Assembly (NCBI GenBank): GCA_964558595.1
Contig: CAZLER010000006.1
Location: forward strand, 3,892 to 67,891
Direction of reading: 5' to 3'
DNA length: 64,000 nucleotides
Source: an uncultured Thermotogae bacterium
GTDB taxonomy: Bacteria > Bipolaricaulota > Bipolaricaulia > UBA7950 > UBA9294
A model generated the notes under the pieces. The model made no database searches. It saw only the letters and a program-made list of their open reading frames with translations, and was not told where the DNA came from. The position numbers were made by a program, and so were the translations under genes. Position 1 is the first letter of the stretch. Each line of letters begins with the position of its first letter. Below, in pieces: positions 39,142 through 49,480 of the stretch.

Positions 39142-42100
39142 CTAGCCCTGGTCTGGATTTTCCTCGCCGATGGCAATCGGCTCGCCCTCCGCCTCCAGCA
39201 GCCGCTCGATCTCTTCCTCCACCGTCTCCTCGGTGGTTGGCCGATCGTAGTACGCGAAGCCGGTGCCCGACGGGATCCGCTTGCCGACGATGATGCTCGG
39301 CTTGAGCCCGCTGAGTTCGTCGACCTCGCCACGCAGTGCCGCCTCCGACAGCACCTTGGTCGTCCGCTGGAACGAGGCGGCCGACAGCCATCCCTTCGTC
39401 TGCAGCGCCGCCTTGGAAATCCGCAGCAGCTCGCGCTCGCCGTCAGGGAGACGCTTCTCGGCGATCGGCACCTCGATGATCTCGTCGTCCCGATGGATCC
39501 GCACGACCTCGATCCCCATCCGGCCGGCGCGTGCGATCGCATCCCGCGACAGCAGCTCGCCCGCGGTGGCGAGGATGTGCCCCCCGGCCGCGATGTCCTC
39601 GGCCAACTCGCTGCCGATCGCCTCCGTGCGCGTCCGTTCAGCTTCCTCGTTCCACGCGACCAGATCTCGGATCTCCTTGCGGAACTCCTCCAGCGTCACC
39701 AGATCGCCGATCAAGAATCGCGAATCGCCGCGGTCGATGATCCGCACGTTGTTGAGGATCTGGCGAATGATCACCTCGAGGTGCTTGTCGTTGATGTCGA
39801 CACCCTGCTGCTTGTACACCTTGTGGATCTCGTCCATCAGGTATTGGCGTGCTTTCTGCACCCCGGCCGCTTCGAGCAGGGTATGGGGAGCGACCACCCC
39901 TTTGGTGAGCAGGTCGCCTTCCTCCACCTTGTCACCGACACGCACCATCACCGCCTTGTCAATCGCCACGATGCTCTTCGGCTGGAGCTGCACGGTCGCG
40001 ATTCCCCGCTTCGTCTCGACCGCGTCGACCCGCACCTGCCCCTCGTGGGAGATCTCCAGCGCGACGAGCTGCTCGCCCGACTTCACGGGGTCGCCGTGAC
40101 GTTTGAGTGGCTTGAGGTCGCTGGTCAACGGAATCCTCACCGCCTGACCGTCGGGATTGTAGACGACGATCCTGTCCGGAAGCGCCTCCGCCACCCCCTC
40201 GCTCTCCGCCGCAATGAAGATCGGCTTCGATCGTGAGGTGATCTGATCCCCCTGCTGGACCCGCGTCCCCGGCTCCACCATCAGCCGAGCTCCGTACGGG
40301 ATCTCGTACTCCACGATGTCGCCATGCTCGTCGACCAAATGGAACACGCGATCCTTCTCCTCGGAGAGCTCGATCGTCCCGCGCCGCTCGGCGACGACCC
40401 CTTCCACGTTGAACCGCTCGGTCAACGGATCCCCGTCGGAGATCCGATCTCCGGACTCGACCTTCGGACGCGCCATCGGAGGCAGCGGATACGATCGATC
40501 GCCTCTGTCGGTGTCGATGATCAGAAGCTCCCGTCCCCCCTTCGGCAGGTCGACAAGGAACGCCTCCCCGGTGCACGGACTCCTCGCATCGATCAACTCG
40601 TCGGCGCCGACCTCGTCGCCTTCCTCCACCCTCAGCAGCTCCGCCGGGATGCGCGCCGTGCGCAGATCTCCCGTGACCTCGACCAGGTCCTCCCCGCTGG
40701 CGCTCGTTGACACGTCGGTCACGTAGCCGTCAAGCGGCGACAGCCCCGCCTCGCCGCTCTTGATCGTCTTGCGGGCCTCGAACAGCTCCTCGGCCCGTGG
40801 GAGCCCCTGGGTGATGTCCTCACCGGCGACCCCTCCGGTATGGAACGTCCGCATCGTCAGCTGCGTTCCCGGCTCGCCGACCGACTGCGCAGCAATCACG
40901 CCAACCGCGGTGCCCATCTGCACGGGGCGGTGGTCGCTCATGTCGTAGCCGTAGCAGAGCTGGCAGAGCCCGTTGGCGGTTTCGCAGGTCATCGCCGACC
41001 GGATGACGACCCGCGGCCGCACCCTGATCGTCTTGATTCCCGCCGCCTGGGCCGCCTCGATCAGCCGCGGCGTGATCAGCTCATCGGCCCGCATGACCAC
41101 CCGACCGGCTTGGTCGTCCTTGACCTCGTCCACCGTCTTGGTACCGATCACCCGCTCCCGCTGGGCCGGACTCCCCAACGGCAGCTCCGCCTCGAGCCGC
41201 CCCACGTGCGACGCGACCTCCTGGCCGATCCATTGGTTCGCTTCCAGAAGGATCTCACCGGTGCTCGGATCGACGACCGGCTGTGCCGTAACCCGCCCGT
41301 AAATCCTCTCTTCGATCGGTTCCATGATCTCCGTGCGGCTGAACCGCAGGGGATCGATGTCGATGCCCTGCGTGGTGCCGCAATCGAGCTCCAGGATGAC
41401 CGTGTCCGATGACGCGTCGACGAGCCGGCGTGTGAGGTAGCCCGAGTCGGCCGTCTTCAGCGCCGTGTCGGCGGCTCCCTTGCGGCCACCGTGGGTGGAG
41501 ATGAAGTACTCCATCATGTCCAAGCCCTCGCGGAAATTGGAGATGACCGGCCGCTCGATGATCTCGCCCGACGGGCCCGCCATCGGGCCGCGCATCCCGC
41601 ACAGCTGCTTCACCTGGTCCGGCCCTCCGCGCGCCCCCGAGGTGACAATGCCGTAGACCGAGTTGAATCGGTGTCGACGCAGGTTCTCCATCGTCGCGTC
41701 CTCGACGTCGTCGACGGTCCGCCGCCAGATACGGATCACCGCACTTCGGCGTTCCTCCTCGGTCGACAAGCCCATCCGGTACATCGTCTCGATCCGCAGC
41801 ACCGCCGCCTGGGACTGGCGAACGATCTCCTCCTTCTCGGACGGGATGAGACAATCGGGAAGGGAGATCGTCAGCCCGGCTCGTGTCGCGTAGCGGAAGC
41901 CGAGATCCTTCAGGAGGTCGAGCACCTCCGCCGCCTTCTCCCAGCCATACCGGTGGTAACACTCCATCACCACGCGCTTGATCTGTCGGCGGTCCATGAG
42001 CAGGTCGTAATCGCGGATCTCCTCGGGAAGGAGCAGATTGAGCTCCGCCCGTCCGAGCGTGGTGTGGATTCGCCGTCCATCGATGCGAATGTGCACCGGA

Positions 42101-44145
42101 CTGTGGAGGCCGATAACCCCTTCCTCACACGCCCGCCGCGCTTCGTCGATGTCCCGGAACGCCTTGCCGGCGCCCTTGCCCTCCTCGACCAAGATCGTCA
42201 GGTAGTAGTAGGCATACACCGGATCCTGGGTCGGCAGACTGAGCGGCTCACCGTTGGCGGGAGACAGAACGTTGCGCGGCGCCGCCATCAGCCCGCGGGC
42301 CTCGGCGATGGCCTCGTCGGACAGCGGCAGGTGGACCGCCATCTGGTCCCCGTCGAAGTCCGCGTTGTACGGCGGACAGACGAACGGATGGATGTGGATC
42401 GCTTCACCGTCGACGAGCACCGGCTCGAACGCCTGCATCGACAGTCGGTGGAGCGTCGGGGCCCGGTTCAGCAGCACCGGATGATCCTTGATCAGCCGAT
42501 CGAGGATATCCCAAACCTCGGGCATCTCGCCCATCATCGCGCGGTTCTTGATCTCGTCGAAGTCCGAAAACGTCGTGGTCTCGAGATGGTGGAGAATGAA
42601 CGGTTTGAACAACTCGAGCGCCATCTTCTTGGGGATTCCGCACTGCGCCAGCTTCAGCGTCGGATCGACGACGATCACCGCCCGACCGGAGTAGTCGACC
42701 CGTCGGCCGAGCAGGTTCCTCCGCAGCCGGCCATGCTTGCCGTGGATCCGCTCCGAAAGCGATTTCAGCGGTCGATTGTCACGGCCGCGGATCGGGCTTT
42801 CCTTCTTCTCGTTGTGGATCAGGGCATCTACGGCTTCCTGCAGCATCCGCCGCTCGTTGCGCAGGATCACCTCGGGCGCCCCCATGTCGATCAGCTTCTT
42901 CAACCGGTTGTTGCGGTTGATGATCCGCCGATACAGATCGTTGAGGTCGGTGGTGGCGAACTTGCCCCCCTCCAGTTGGATCATCGGACGCAAGTCGGGG
43001 GGCAGCACCGGGATGACGTCGAGGATCATGTCCTGAGGGTTGTTCCCGGAAGCGCGCAGCTGGTCCACGATCTCCAGTCGGCGGATCAGCCGACGCTGAT
43101 TGCCCGCCGCGGTTTCGCGATGGAGCTGCTCCATCAGCGTGCGGTGCAGCTCATCGAGGTCCACCCCCTCCAGAAGCCCCTTGATCCCCGCCGCTCCGGT
43201 CTGGGCGATGAACCCCTCCGGGTGGATCCGCTCGTAGGCCCGCATCTCCAGGAACGTGAGCCGATCGCCCACCTCGAGCGGGACCCGCGAATCGCGGATC
43301 CGGGTCACGAGGAACACAAGACTGTCGAGGATCTCCTGATCCAACACCACACCCTCGACCGATCCGCCGTAGCGGTCGACCAACATCTCGAAGGCCGTCT
43401 TCGAGCAGAGTTCGTCGACGGGGCGCTCGGCAATGACCGTCCCCTCCTCGACCTCGTCACCGTCCTCCACCAACAGATCGATGTCACCGACCAGCGGATA
43501 CTCGACCGACCCGATCACCACCGAGACGACCTTCTCGCCATTCGTGAGCTGCCGATCCTCGATCGTGACACGGCCTGCTTCCTCGGCGAGCACACGCGGT
43601 GCATCCTCGATGTAGAACGCGGGCTCCACCTCGAACGGAAACTCGTTCGAAAGCACGTTGACTTCGGAGGTGTGCAGCGTCTCCCGGGGACGGACCTCCT
43701 TGCAATCCGACGAGGTGACGATGAACAGCGCTTGCTCGATCGGTTCGGTCTCGTAGTACGCAATCCTCTGGAGCTCCCGCTTCTTCATCCCCAGCAGCCT
43801 GCTGAGCAGGCTCGAGACCCCTTTGAGGAACCAGAAGTGCACCACCGGACTGGCCAGCTGGATATGCCCCATGTTGACGCGTCGCACGGAGGAGTCGGTC
43901 ACCAGGACGTGGCACTTCTCGCACGTGATTCCTTCGTACTTCTTCCCTTTGTACTTGCCGCAGGCGCACTCGTAGTCGTTGGCGGGACCGAAAATCTCCT
44001 CGGCGTACAGCCCACCGCGTTCGGCACGATGGGTCCGGTAGTTGATCGTCTCCGACTCGGTGATTTCGCCGTGAGACCAGTTCAGGATTACGGATGGAGG
44101 AGCAAGCTGCAGCTTCACGCGCTTGATGTCATCGCCCGAGATCAC
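39142..44145 (-). CDS. rpoC: DNA-directed RNA polymerase beta-prime subunit (1667 aa, with a roughly 200-aa lineage-specific insertion after the N-terminal zinc-binding region)
   Basis: GTG start with an AGGTGA RBS. CxC...CxxC zinc motif, NADFDGD catalytic loop, and all conserved regions A-H. Confidence 0.95.
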   Translation of the reverse strand: MISGDDIKRVKLQLAPPSVILNWSHGEITESETINYRTHRAERGGLYAEEIFGPANDYECACGKYKGKKYEGITCEKCHVLVTDSSVRRVNMGHIQLASPVVHFWFLKGVSSLLSRLLGMKKRELQRIAYYETEPIEQALFIVTSSDCKEVRPRETLHTSEVNVLSNEFPFEVEPAFYIEDAPRVLAEEAGRVTIEDRQLTNGEKVVSVVIGSVEYPLVGDIDLLVEDGDEVEEGTVIAERPVDELCSKTAFEMLVDRYGGSVEGVVLDQEILDSLVFLVTRIRDSRVPLEVGDRLTFLEMRAYERIHPEGFIAQTGAAGIKGLLEGVDLDELHRTLMEQLHRETAAGNQRRLIRRLEIVDQLRASGNNPQDMILDVIPVLPPDLRPMIQLEGGKFATTDLNDLYRRIINRNNRLKKLIDMGAPEVILRNERRMLQEAVDALIHNEKKESPIRGRDNRPLKSLSERIHGKHGRLRRNLLGRRVDYSGRAVIVVDPTLKLAQCGIPKKMALELFKPFILHHLETTTFSDFDEIKNRAMMGEMPEVWDILDRLIKDHPVLLNRAPTLHRLSMQAFEPVLVDGEAIHIHPFVCPPYNADFDGDQMAVHLPLSDEAIAEARGLMAAPRNVLSPANGEPLSLPTQDPVYAYYYLTILVEEGKGAGKAFRDIDEARRACEEGVIGLHSPVHIRIDGRRIHTTLGRAELNLLLPEEIRDYDLLMDRRQIKRVVMECYHRYGWEKAAEVLDLLKDLGFRYATRAGLTISLPDCLIPSEKEEIVRQSQAAVLRIETMYRMGLSTEEERRSAVIRIWRRTVDDVEDATMENLRRHRFNSVYGIVTSGARGGPDQVKQLCGMRGPMAGPSGEIIERPVISNFREGLDMMEYFISTHGGRKGAADTALKTADSGYLTRRLVDASSDTVILELDCGTTQGIDIDPLRFSRTEIMEPIEERIYGRVTAQPVVDPSTGEILLEANQWIGQEVASHVGRLEAELPLGSPAQRERVIGTKTVDEVKDDQAGRVVMRADELITPRLIEAAQAAGIKTIRVRPRVVIRSAMTCETANGLCQLCYGYDMSDHRPVQMGTAVGVIAAQSVGEPGTQLTMRTFHTGGVAGEDITQGLPRAEELFEARKTIKSGEAGLSPLDGYVTDVSTSASGEDLVEVTGDLRTARIPAELLRVEEGDEVGADELIDARSPCTGEAFLVDLPKGGRELLIIDTDRGDRSYPLPPMARPKVESGDRISDGDPLTERFNVEGVVAERRGTIELSEEKDRVFHLVDEHGDIVEYEIPYGARLMVEPGTRVQQGDQITSRSKPIFIAAESEGVAEALPDRIVVYNPDGQAVRIPLTSDLKPLKRHGDPVKSGEQLVALEISHEGQVRVDAVETKRGIATVQLQPKSIVAIDKAVMVRVGDKVEEGDLLTKGVVAPHTLLEAAGVQKARQYLMDEIHKVYKQQGVDINDKHLEVIIRQILNNVRIIDRGDSRFLIGDLVTLEEFRKEIRDLVAWNEEAERTRTEAIGSELAEDIAAGGHILATAGELLSRDAIARAGRMGIEVVRIHRDDEIIEVPIAEKRLPDGERELLRISKAALQTKGWLSAASFQRTTKVLSEAALRGEVDELSGLKPSIIVGKRIPSGTGFAYYDRPTTEETVEEEIERLLEAEGEPIAIGEENPDQG

Positions 44146-44482
44146 TCATCTCACCTCATTCGATTCGCACATCTGATTCGCCGGCGTCCGAGGTTCGACC
44201 GTACCCCGAGCTCCCGGCGCCACGAGAGGTCAACGCGGGGCGAGCGCCGCTCGCCCATGGACGCAGCATTCGCTGTCGCTGCCGTCGGTTCGTCGTTCGC
44301 ACTCCCTGATCTTCCGTCTCAACCCACGGCGGTCCGGACACCGCCGCACGCGGCACATCGAGCGGGATTCCGCTCCCAAGGATAAAAGACATAGAGAACC
44401 CCTCTTCCCTTCTCGGGGTCTCCCTTGACGTCGTCGGTCTCCATGGGCAGCCGCTCCCGCCCATCAAAGGCTGCCGACGCTG

Positions 44483-44510
44483 AGTATAGCTGCACCCGAT
44501 CCGATGTCAA
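44483..44510 (-). promoter_or_regulatory. sigma70-like promoter TTGACA-16-TATACT about 340 nt upstream of rpoC, with its -35 box overlapping the stop codon of the upstream gene
   Basis: Reverse complement of 44483-44510 reads TTGACATCGGATCGGGTGCAGCTATACT. Manual indexing, +/-1. Confidence 0.4.
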
Positions 44511-45559
44511 CTGAGCAGCACGGCTTCCGCCGCCAGGGGGATCATCTCGACCGTCTCCAGCCGCCCGATCTCCGCGGGCGTCTCGAACGGCACGGCGTTC
44601 ACCAGCAACGTCTCATCGGCGCTTTCCAGGCGGTAGTACACGGGAATCGTGCCCGTCCCCCGGCCTTCCGCGTGCGTCGCGGTGATCCTTGCCGCCAGGT
44701 CGATCACAGCATCCTGTTCCGGTCGCCTCATGCGGTCCCAGGCGGCCCGAACCAGCGTCATCGGACCGTGCGGGGTCGCCGGGTAGACACGCAGATCCTG
44801 CGGAAGAAACAGGTTCTGCAGCTCCCGCTTCTCCATCTCGTTGTGTGCCAGCACGATCTTTGCGTCCGGATGCACCTTGTAGTACAGCGGGAAGTCGAGG
44901 AGCCGCAGAGCGTTCAAGGTGAACCCCGGCTCGCCGAACAGGCTTGCCACCCGGTCGCCGAATCCCGGCGTTGTCAACTTGCAGCGACGACACGACGCCA
45001 TCGCATCGTCCCCGTCCAGCCCGACCCCTCGCGCCAGCTTCTCCACCACCGCCCGGCCGCTTCGGCGTCGGCATCCGTCGCGGTCGAGCCACTGCTCGAG
45101 TCCGTCACTGCGGGATTGGCTTCCATCGACGCACAGCGGCCGAAGAATCCGATCGGCCACTCCCAGTCGTTCGGCAATCCCGCGAACCTGCCGTGCCGTC
45201 AACTCCGAACTGCCGGGCACCTCACCCGACACCAGGTACTCCGCGCCGATCCTCTCCATGTAGCGCACGGCCTTGGCGAACAGCAGCGAGCGGCAGTTGT
45301 AGCAGCTCTGCGACAGCGAGAACTCACCCGATTCGGTGATCTCGACGAGGCGGCGGTATTCTTTCTTGATCGATTGCGTGCGAAACACAGCGTTGGGCCA
45401 TTCCGAGCGCACCAATTGGCGGAATCCCTCGTCCTCGCGGGAAAATGGAGACCGGAAGTACAACAGCACCACTCCGTCCACCTGCGGATGCCGTGCGACC
45501 ATCCGAGTGGCAACCCGGCTGGCCAGACTCCCCGAGAACAACGATAGAACTTTCGCCAC
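44507..45559 (-). CDS. PP-loop (adenine-nucleotide alpha-hydrolase) superfamily protein with a degenerate PP-loop motif; ThiI/AANH-like N-terminal domain plus a roughly 150-aa uncharacterised C-terminal region
   Basis: N-terminal LSLFSGSLASRVA resembles SGGxDSxVA with Gly/Asp replaced. A CYNCRS...GAEYLVSGE block resembles the ThiI/MnmA-type ATP-PPase core. Confidence 0.45.
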   Translation of the reverse strand: MAKVLSLFSGSLASRVATRMVARHPQVDGVVLLYFRSPFSREDEGFRQLVRSEWPNAVFRTQSIKKEYRRLVEITESGEFSLSQSCYNCRSLLFAKAVRYMERIGAEYLVSGEVPGSSELTARQVRGIAERLGVADRILRPLCVDGSQSRSDGLEQWLDRDGCRRRSGRAVVEKLARGVGLDGDDAMASCRRCKLTTPGFGDRVASLFGEPGFTLNALRLLDFPLYYKVHPDAKIVLAHNEMEKRELQNLFLPQDLRVYPATPHGPMTLVRAAWDRMRRPEQDAVIDLAARITATHAEGRGTGTIPVYYRLESADETLLVNAVPFETPAEIGRLETVEMIPLAAEAVLLS

Positions 45560-45584
45560 GCCCGTACCCCGCCCCTGGTGCTCG

Positions 45585-46115
45585 TTACCTTCGAGGTTCG
45601 ATCAGTCCGTAATTGCCGTCCCGACGATGGTAGATGATCGCCACTTGGTCGGTCTCCGCATCGACGAAGACCAGAAACTCCTTTTCGATCGCATCGAGTT
45701 GCAGCGCCGCCTCATCCGGAGACATCGGCTTTCGGAAGTACGCCTCGGTACGGATGATCTGCGGTGGTTCCGCTTCGTCCTCCTGCACCTCAGGCGCTTC
45801 CGGCGCCGGCGCCCCGCCCCGTTCCCTGAACTCGTGCAACTGATCCTTGAACTTGACCATCTGTCGCCGGAGTCGGTCGATCGCCTTGTCGATCGACCCG
45901 TACATGTCGTTGGACTCCTCCCGCGCGTGGATCTGCTTCCGATTCGTCAAGTGCGCTTGGAAGTCGGCGATCTGTCGTTCCTTCTCGACCGAGAGGACGA
46001 CGTCGACGCTGATGATGCGATCGAAGTAGCGCTCGAGCGCCTCGGTCTTCTCCACGACATACTGCTGAAGTGCTCCGCTTGCGTCGATATGCCGCCCCGC
46101 GATTTTGATCTTCAC
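45585..46115 (-). CDS. hpf: ribosome hibernation promoting factor, long form (HPF/YfiA family with C-terminal dimerisation domain)
   Basis: MKIKIAGRHIDASGALQQYV... S30AE domain plus C-terminal extension. Preceded on the minus strand by a TTGACC-17-TATAAT promoter (about 46136-46164) and a GGAGGG RBS. Confidence 0.85.
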   Translation of the reverse strand: MKIKIAGRHIDASGALQQYVVEKTEALERYFDRIISVDVVLSVEKERQIADFQAHLTNRKQIHAREESNDMYGSIDKAIDRLRRQMVKFKDQLHEFRERGGAPAPEAPEVQEDEAEPPQIIRTEAYFRKPMSPDEAALQLDAIEKEFLVFVDAETDQVAIIYHRRDGNYGLIEPRR

Positions 46116-46194
46116 CGTCGCCTCCCTCCAACGAGATTATAGCAGAAACGCAGAAAGCGGTCAATGGAAGAAGATCCGAAAACGCCGAACTTGT

Positions 46195-47724
46195 CTAGGA
46201 TACGGGCTCACCGAGCCCGGCGAGCCGTCGACGCAGTTCCTGGGTTACCCGATGCAATCCGTCGGCGCCGATGTCCGGCTGGTACACGGCGAACTCGGCG
46301 TTCACGAAGGCGCGTAAAGCGCCCCGATAGTGCACTCCGTCGCTTCTTCGCTCCCGCCGCACCAGGCCGACATCCAGCAGCTCACGGGGTGGGCTTTCCT
46401 CGATCATCTCCGGAGCACAGCTCGTCCACGCCCCGATCTGCTCGACGGAGTAGCTCCCGGGGGGATGAGCGACAAGGAAACCGAGCAGCCGCCGGTGGGC
46501 GAGTTCGCCACGGCCGATTCGCGCCACCACCCGGTCGACGTGGCGCAGCACCGCGGCGGGAAGTGCATGCCCGTCGTCACGTAGCGCCGTCGTTGCATCC
46601 GGCCCCGCATCGGCGCACGGCGCGTCCGGTGGAGGATCGTCATCGGCTTCCTGCCGAACGATCACCGGGCGATACGACCCGTACCGAGGCGTCCCCGCTC
46701 GGCTGCCCTCCTCCGCTCCCGTCACCGGCATGACGCCCGACGGGAGTTCCAGCTTGATGTAGCCCAACGTGCGCGCGACCTCTTCCAACTCGGCAATCCG
46801 TTCGTCCTTGGCGGCCAAGCTCCCCTCGAGTTCCGCAATCCGCGCCTGCAGCTGCTCCTCGGCGCTCTTCCGCCGTTTGCCGCTGCGGGCTTTCTCGATC
46901 GCCTCGATGATCGACTCGCTCACCTGTTTGAGCTCGGGCGACTTGACGGATTCTAGCGACGGCGTGAAGCCGGCGTGGAACGTCTCCCGCTCGCGCACGT
47001 AGATCGGGAGGATACGATCACCGTTGACGTAGATGCAGTCTCCGGTGTCCAGTGCGTTGACGATCTCCTTGGCCTCGCTCTTGCGCCACGGAAGCAGCTC
47101 GCTGTAGACGCGCATATCCACCTCGTGGACGACCCGGTGCAGGAACAGCATTCCCGCCTGGCTGAGGACGTCCTTGTCCACCTTGGCGCTTCGCTGGGAC
47201 ACGATGATCCCGCCCAATCCCCGCTTGCGTCCCCGCAACGCGATGCGAGCGATCAACTCCTTGAGATCGTGCTTGACCCCTTGCGGAATGAACTCGTGTG
47301 CCTCCTCGATGCCGATGATGTACGGACGCCGCAACGTTCCCGCGAGGTTCCACAGGCTCGATAGGTATGCCTTGAGCAGCTCGGTTCGCTCGTCGGACAG
47401 GAACCCGCTCAGATCGAGCACCACCGGGACGTTTTTCTCCATGCTGACCTGCGCGATCTCGGCGGCACAGTCGGCGTCGATCTCGATCTCGACGCCATCG
47501 CCGGTACCGACCACAAGCACCTCGTACTTCTCCTTGAGCCCGAAGTACTCCCCTTCGATGTCGACGATTGACATCGGATAGCGGTGGCGGAGTAGCTCCT
47601 CGAAGATGACCCCAGCCGTGTTCGACTTCCCGGAGCCGCGAATCCCCAGGATGGCCACGCACTGACCGATGATCTCCTCGAGATCGAGATTAAGATCGCG
47701 GCTGATGTCCAACGTCGTACCCAT
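46195..47724 (-). CDS. HerA/DUF87-like P-loop ATPase fused to a coiled-coil segment and a C-terminal winged-helix-like domain
   Basis: Walker A GIRGSGKSN and Walker B IIGIEEAHEF. A heptad-rich segment (AEEQLQARIAELEGSLAAKDERIAELEE). The last ~110 aa resemble a wHTH (LLGFLVAHPPGSYSVEQIGAW...). Start chosen at MGTTLDISRD. Confidence 0.55.
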   Translation of the reverse strand: MGTTLDISRDLNLDLEEIIGQCVAILGIRGSGKSNTAGVIFEELLRHRYPMSIVDIEGEYFGLKEKYEVLVVGTGDGVEIEIDADCAAEIAQVSMEKNVPVVLDLSGFLSDERTELLKAYLSSLWNLAGTLRRPYIIGIEEAHEFIPQGVKHDLKELIARIALRGRKRGLGGIIVSQRSAKVDKDVLSQAGMLFLHRVVHEVDMRVYSELLPWRKSEAKEIVNALDTGDCIYVNGDRILPIYVRERETFHAGFTPSLESVKSPELKQVSESIIEAIEKARSGKRRKSAEEQLQARIAELEGSLAAKDERIAELEEVARTLGYIKLELPSGVMPVTGAEEGSRAGTPRYGSYRPVIVRQEADDDPPPDAPCADAGPDATTALRDDGHALPAAVLRHVDRVVARIGRGELAHRRLLGFLVAHPPGSYSVEQIGAWTSCAPEMIEESPPRELLDVGLVRRERRSDGVHYRGALRAFVNAEFAVYQPDIGADGLHRVTQELRRRLAGLGEPVS

Positions 47725-47810
47725 GCGCCCCCTCCCCGCATTTGCCGATGGGGTCAGGCTAGCGCGACGGTGCGGCCGGCGCCAGGGCGGGTGTCCCGTC
47801 GGAGGCTCTC

Positions 47811-49253
47811 CTACGTCTCGACATCGTTCCGTTCGAGCATCCTCCGGGCCTCGGCAACCGCCTCCTCCGACGAGCCAATCTGGCCAGCGAGGATCCGATC
47901 GTGCAGCACGCCAAGGATACGTCCCAGTCGAGGACCCGGCTCGACACCTAATGCCATCAGCGCGTGCCCGTCGATGACTTCGTGCGCACGCCGCAGTCCA
48001 CAGACTCGGTCGATGTGCTCGATGACGTCCAACGTCTCGTACAGGATCGGCGCCCACCCCGACGCACGATGGGCACTGGCCTCGCAATCGGCGACCAGCA
48101 GCTGCAACAGCTGGAAGAACAACGGGAACCGCTGCCGTGGTGTCCGACCCACCGCCTCACCCTCGCTAACGAAGCGAACCTGCTTCCCCCTTCCCATATC
48201 GGGAAAGTCGGCGATCCGCATGTGATGGCGAACCAGGTACTGCACGCGGTGGACATCGTGGCGACTGCATCGCAACCTCCGCGCCACCTGCTTCGCCTTG
48301 CGGGCGCCGATCGCGCAGTGGCCGCCCATGTTCTCTCCGCAGCTTCTCGCCAACGCGTCCGGCTTTCCGATGTCGTGGAGAACGACCGCCAGCTTCACGA
48401 TCGGATCCATCACGAAGCCGTCCGCCTGCTCGACCGCCGCCAGCGTGTGGACGAAGACGTCTCCTTCCGGATGGTACGCTTCCGGTTGCGGGACCTCCTT
48501 GCACGCCTCCAGCTCGGGAAGGATCCACGCCAGCAGTCCGAGCCGATCCATCCACGCCAGTCCGTGCGCCGCACGCGGGGTGGCGAGGATCCGCAGCAGC
48601 TCCTCGCCGATGCGTTCGCTGGAGATACTCTCAATGCGCGATGCCGCCTCCCGGATCGCCTTCGCCGTCGCTGCTTCGATGGCGCCGTCGATCTGGCAGG
48701 CGAACCGGACCGCGCGCAGCATCCGCAGTCCGTCCTCCTCGAACCGCGCGGCGGGATCCCCAATCGCCCGGATCCGCGACGCCTGCAGGTCCGCCACCCC
48801 GCCGACGCGGTCAATCACCGTACCATCCTCGGTTGCAGCCAGCCCGTTGATCGTCAGATCGCGACGCCGCACGTCACTGGCGAGGTCGCGCACCAGCTCG
48901 ACGTGCCCCGGCCAACGTCCGTCGTACTCCCCCTCCACCCGGTACGTCGCAACCTCGTACGATCGGCCACCGGGAGCGACGATCATCAGCACGCCGAACT
49001 GCTCCCCGAGGCCGAGGATCTGCCGATCGGGGAACAGCGCGCGGATCTCGACGGGAAGCGCCGAGGTGGCGATGTCGATGTCGTCGGGCGGGTAAACGAC
49101 GTCCCGCCCCATCTGCGCCTGGAGACCGTCGCGTACAACCCCCCCGATCAGCACCGCTTCATGCCCGGCGTCGCGCAGCCGGGAGAGGATCTCGGCGACG
49201 AACGGGTGCGCGGAAAGTACCGCTGCAACGTCAATTCGGTCGTACTCTGCCAT
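47811..49253 (-). CDS. cca: CCA-adding tRNA nucleotidyltransferase with C-terminal HD domain
   Basis: Pol-beta-type NTase motif GGVVRD...D.D in the N-terminal head. HD motif (VLHDIGK) downstream. Confidence 0.8.
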   Translation of the reverse strand: MAEYDRIDVAAVLSAHPFVAEILSRLRDAGHEAVLIGGVVRDGLQAQMGRDVVYPPDDIDIATSALPVEIRALFPDRQILGLGEQFGVLMIVAPGGRSYEVATYRVEGEYDGRWPGHVELVRDLASDVRRRDLTINGLAATEDGTVIDRVGGVADLQASRIRAIGDPAARFEEDGLRMLRAVRFACQIDGAIEAATAKAIREAASRIESISSERIGEELLRILATPRAAHGLAWMDRLGLLAWILPELEACKEVPQPEAYHPEGDVFVHTLAAVEQADGFVMDPIVKLAVVLHDIGKPDALARSCGENMGGHCAIGARKAKQVARRLRCSRHDVHRVQYLVRHHMRIADFPDMGRGKQVRFVSEGEAVGRTPRQRFPLFFQLLQLLVADCEASAHRASGWAPILYETLDVIEHIDRVCGLRRAHEVIDGHALMALGVEPGPRLGRILGVLHDRILAGQIGSSEEAVAEARRMLERNDVET

Positions 49254-49480
49254 GACGCGCTCGACTATACCGGCTCCGCTGACCCCACCGCAACCGGCAG
49301 AGGTTCCTCCCCGATCGGTCCTCCACCACGATGATCGTGCTCGCTGAGCATGGCCAGGGCCAAGCCAAGGGGAGGAGACCCAAGGAGAAGACACATGCTG
49401 CTAGCGGACGACGATCGCCCACGGGGCCCTGTGGTCACGACCGCTTCCCTGTTGTTCGGCAACTTCCCCCGGTGGCCCAC

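Noticed and set aside
41491-44385. A 964-aa ORF on the plus strand, plus many other 100-700-aa plus-strand ORFs between 22 and 44 kb (for example 37119-39293, 39103-40236, 35068-36120).
   Set aside because: They lie antisense to highly conserved ribosomal/RNAP genes. They have low-complexity Arg/Pro/Gly-rich translations typical of stop-codon depletion in high-GC DNA, and no RBS or recognisable motifs.
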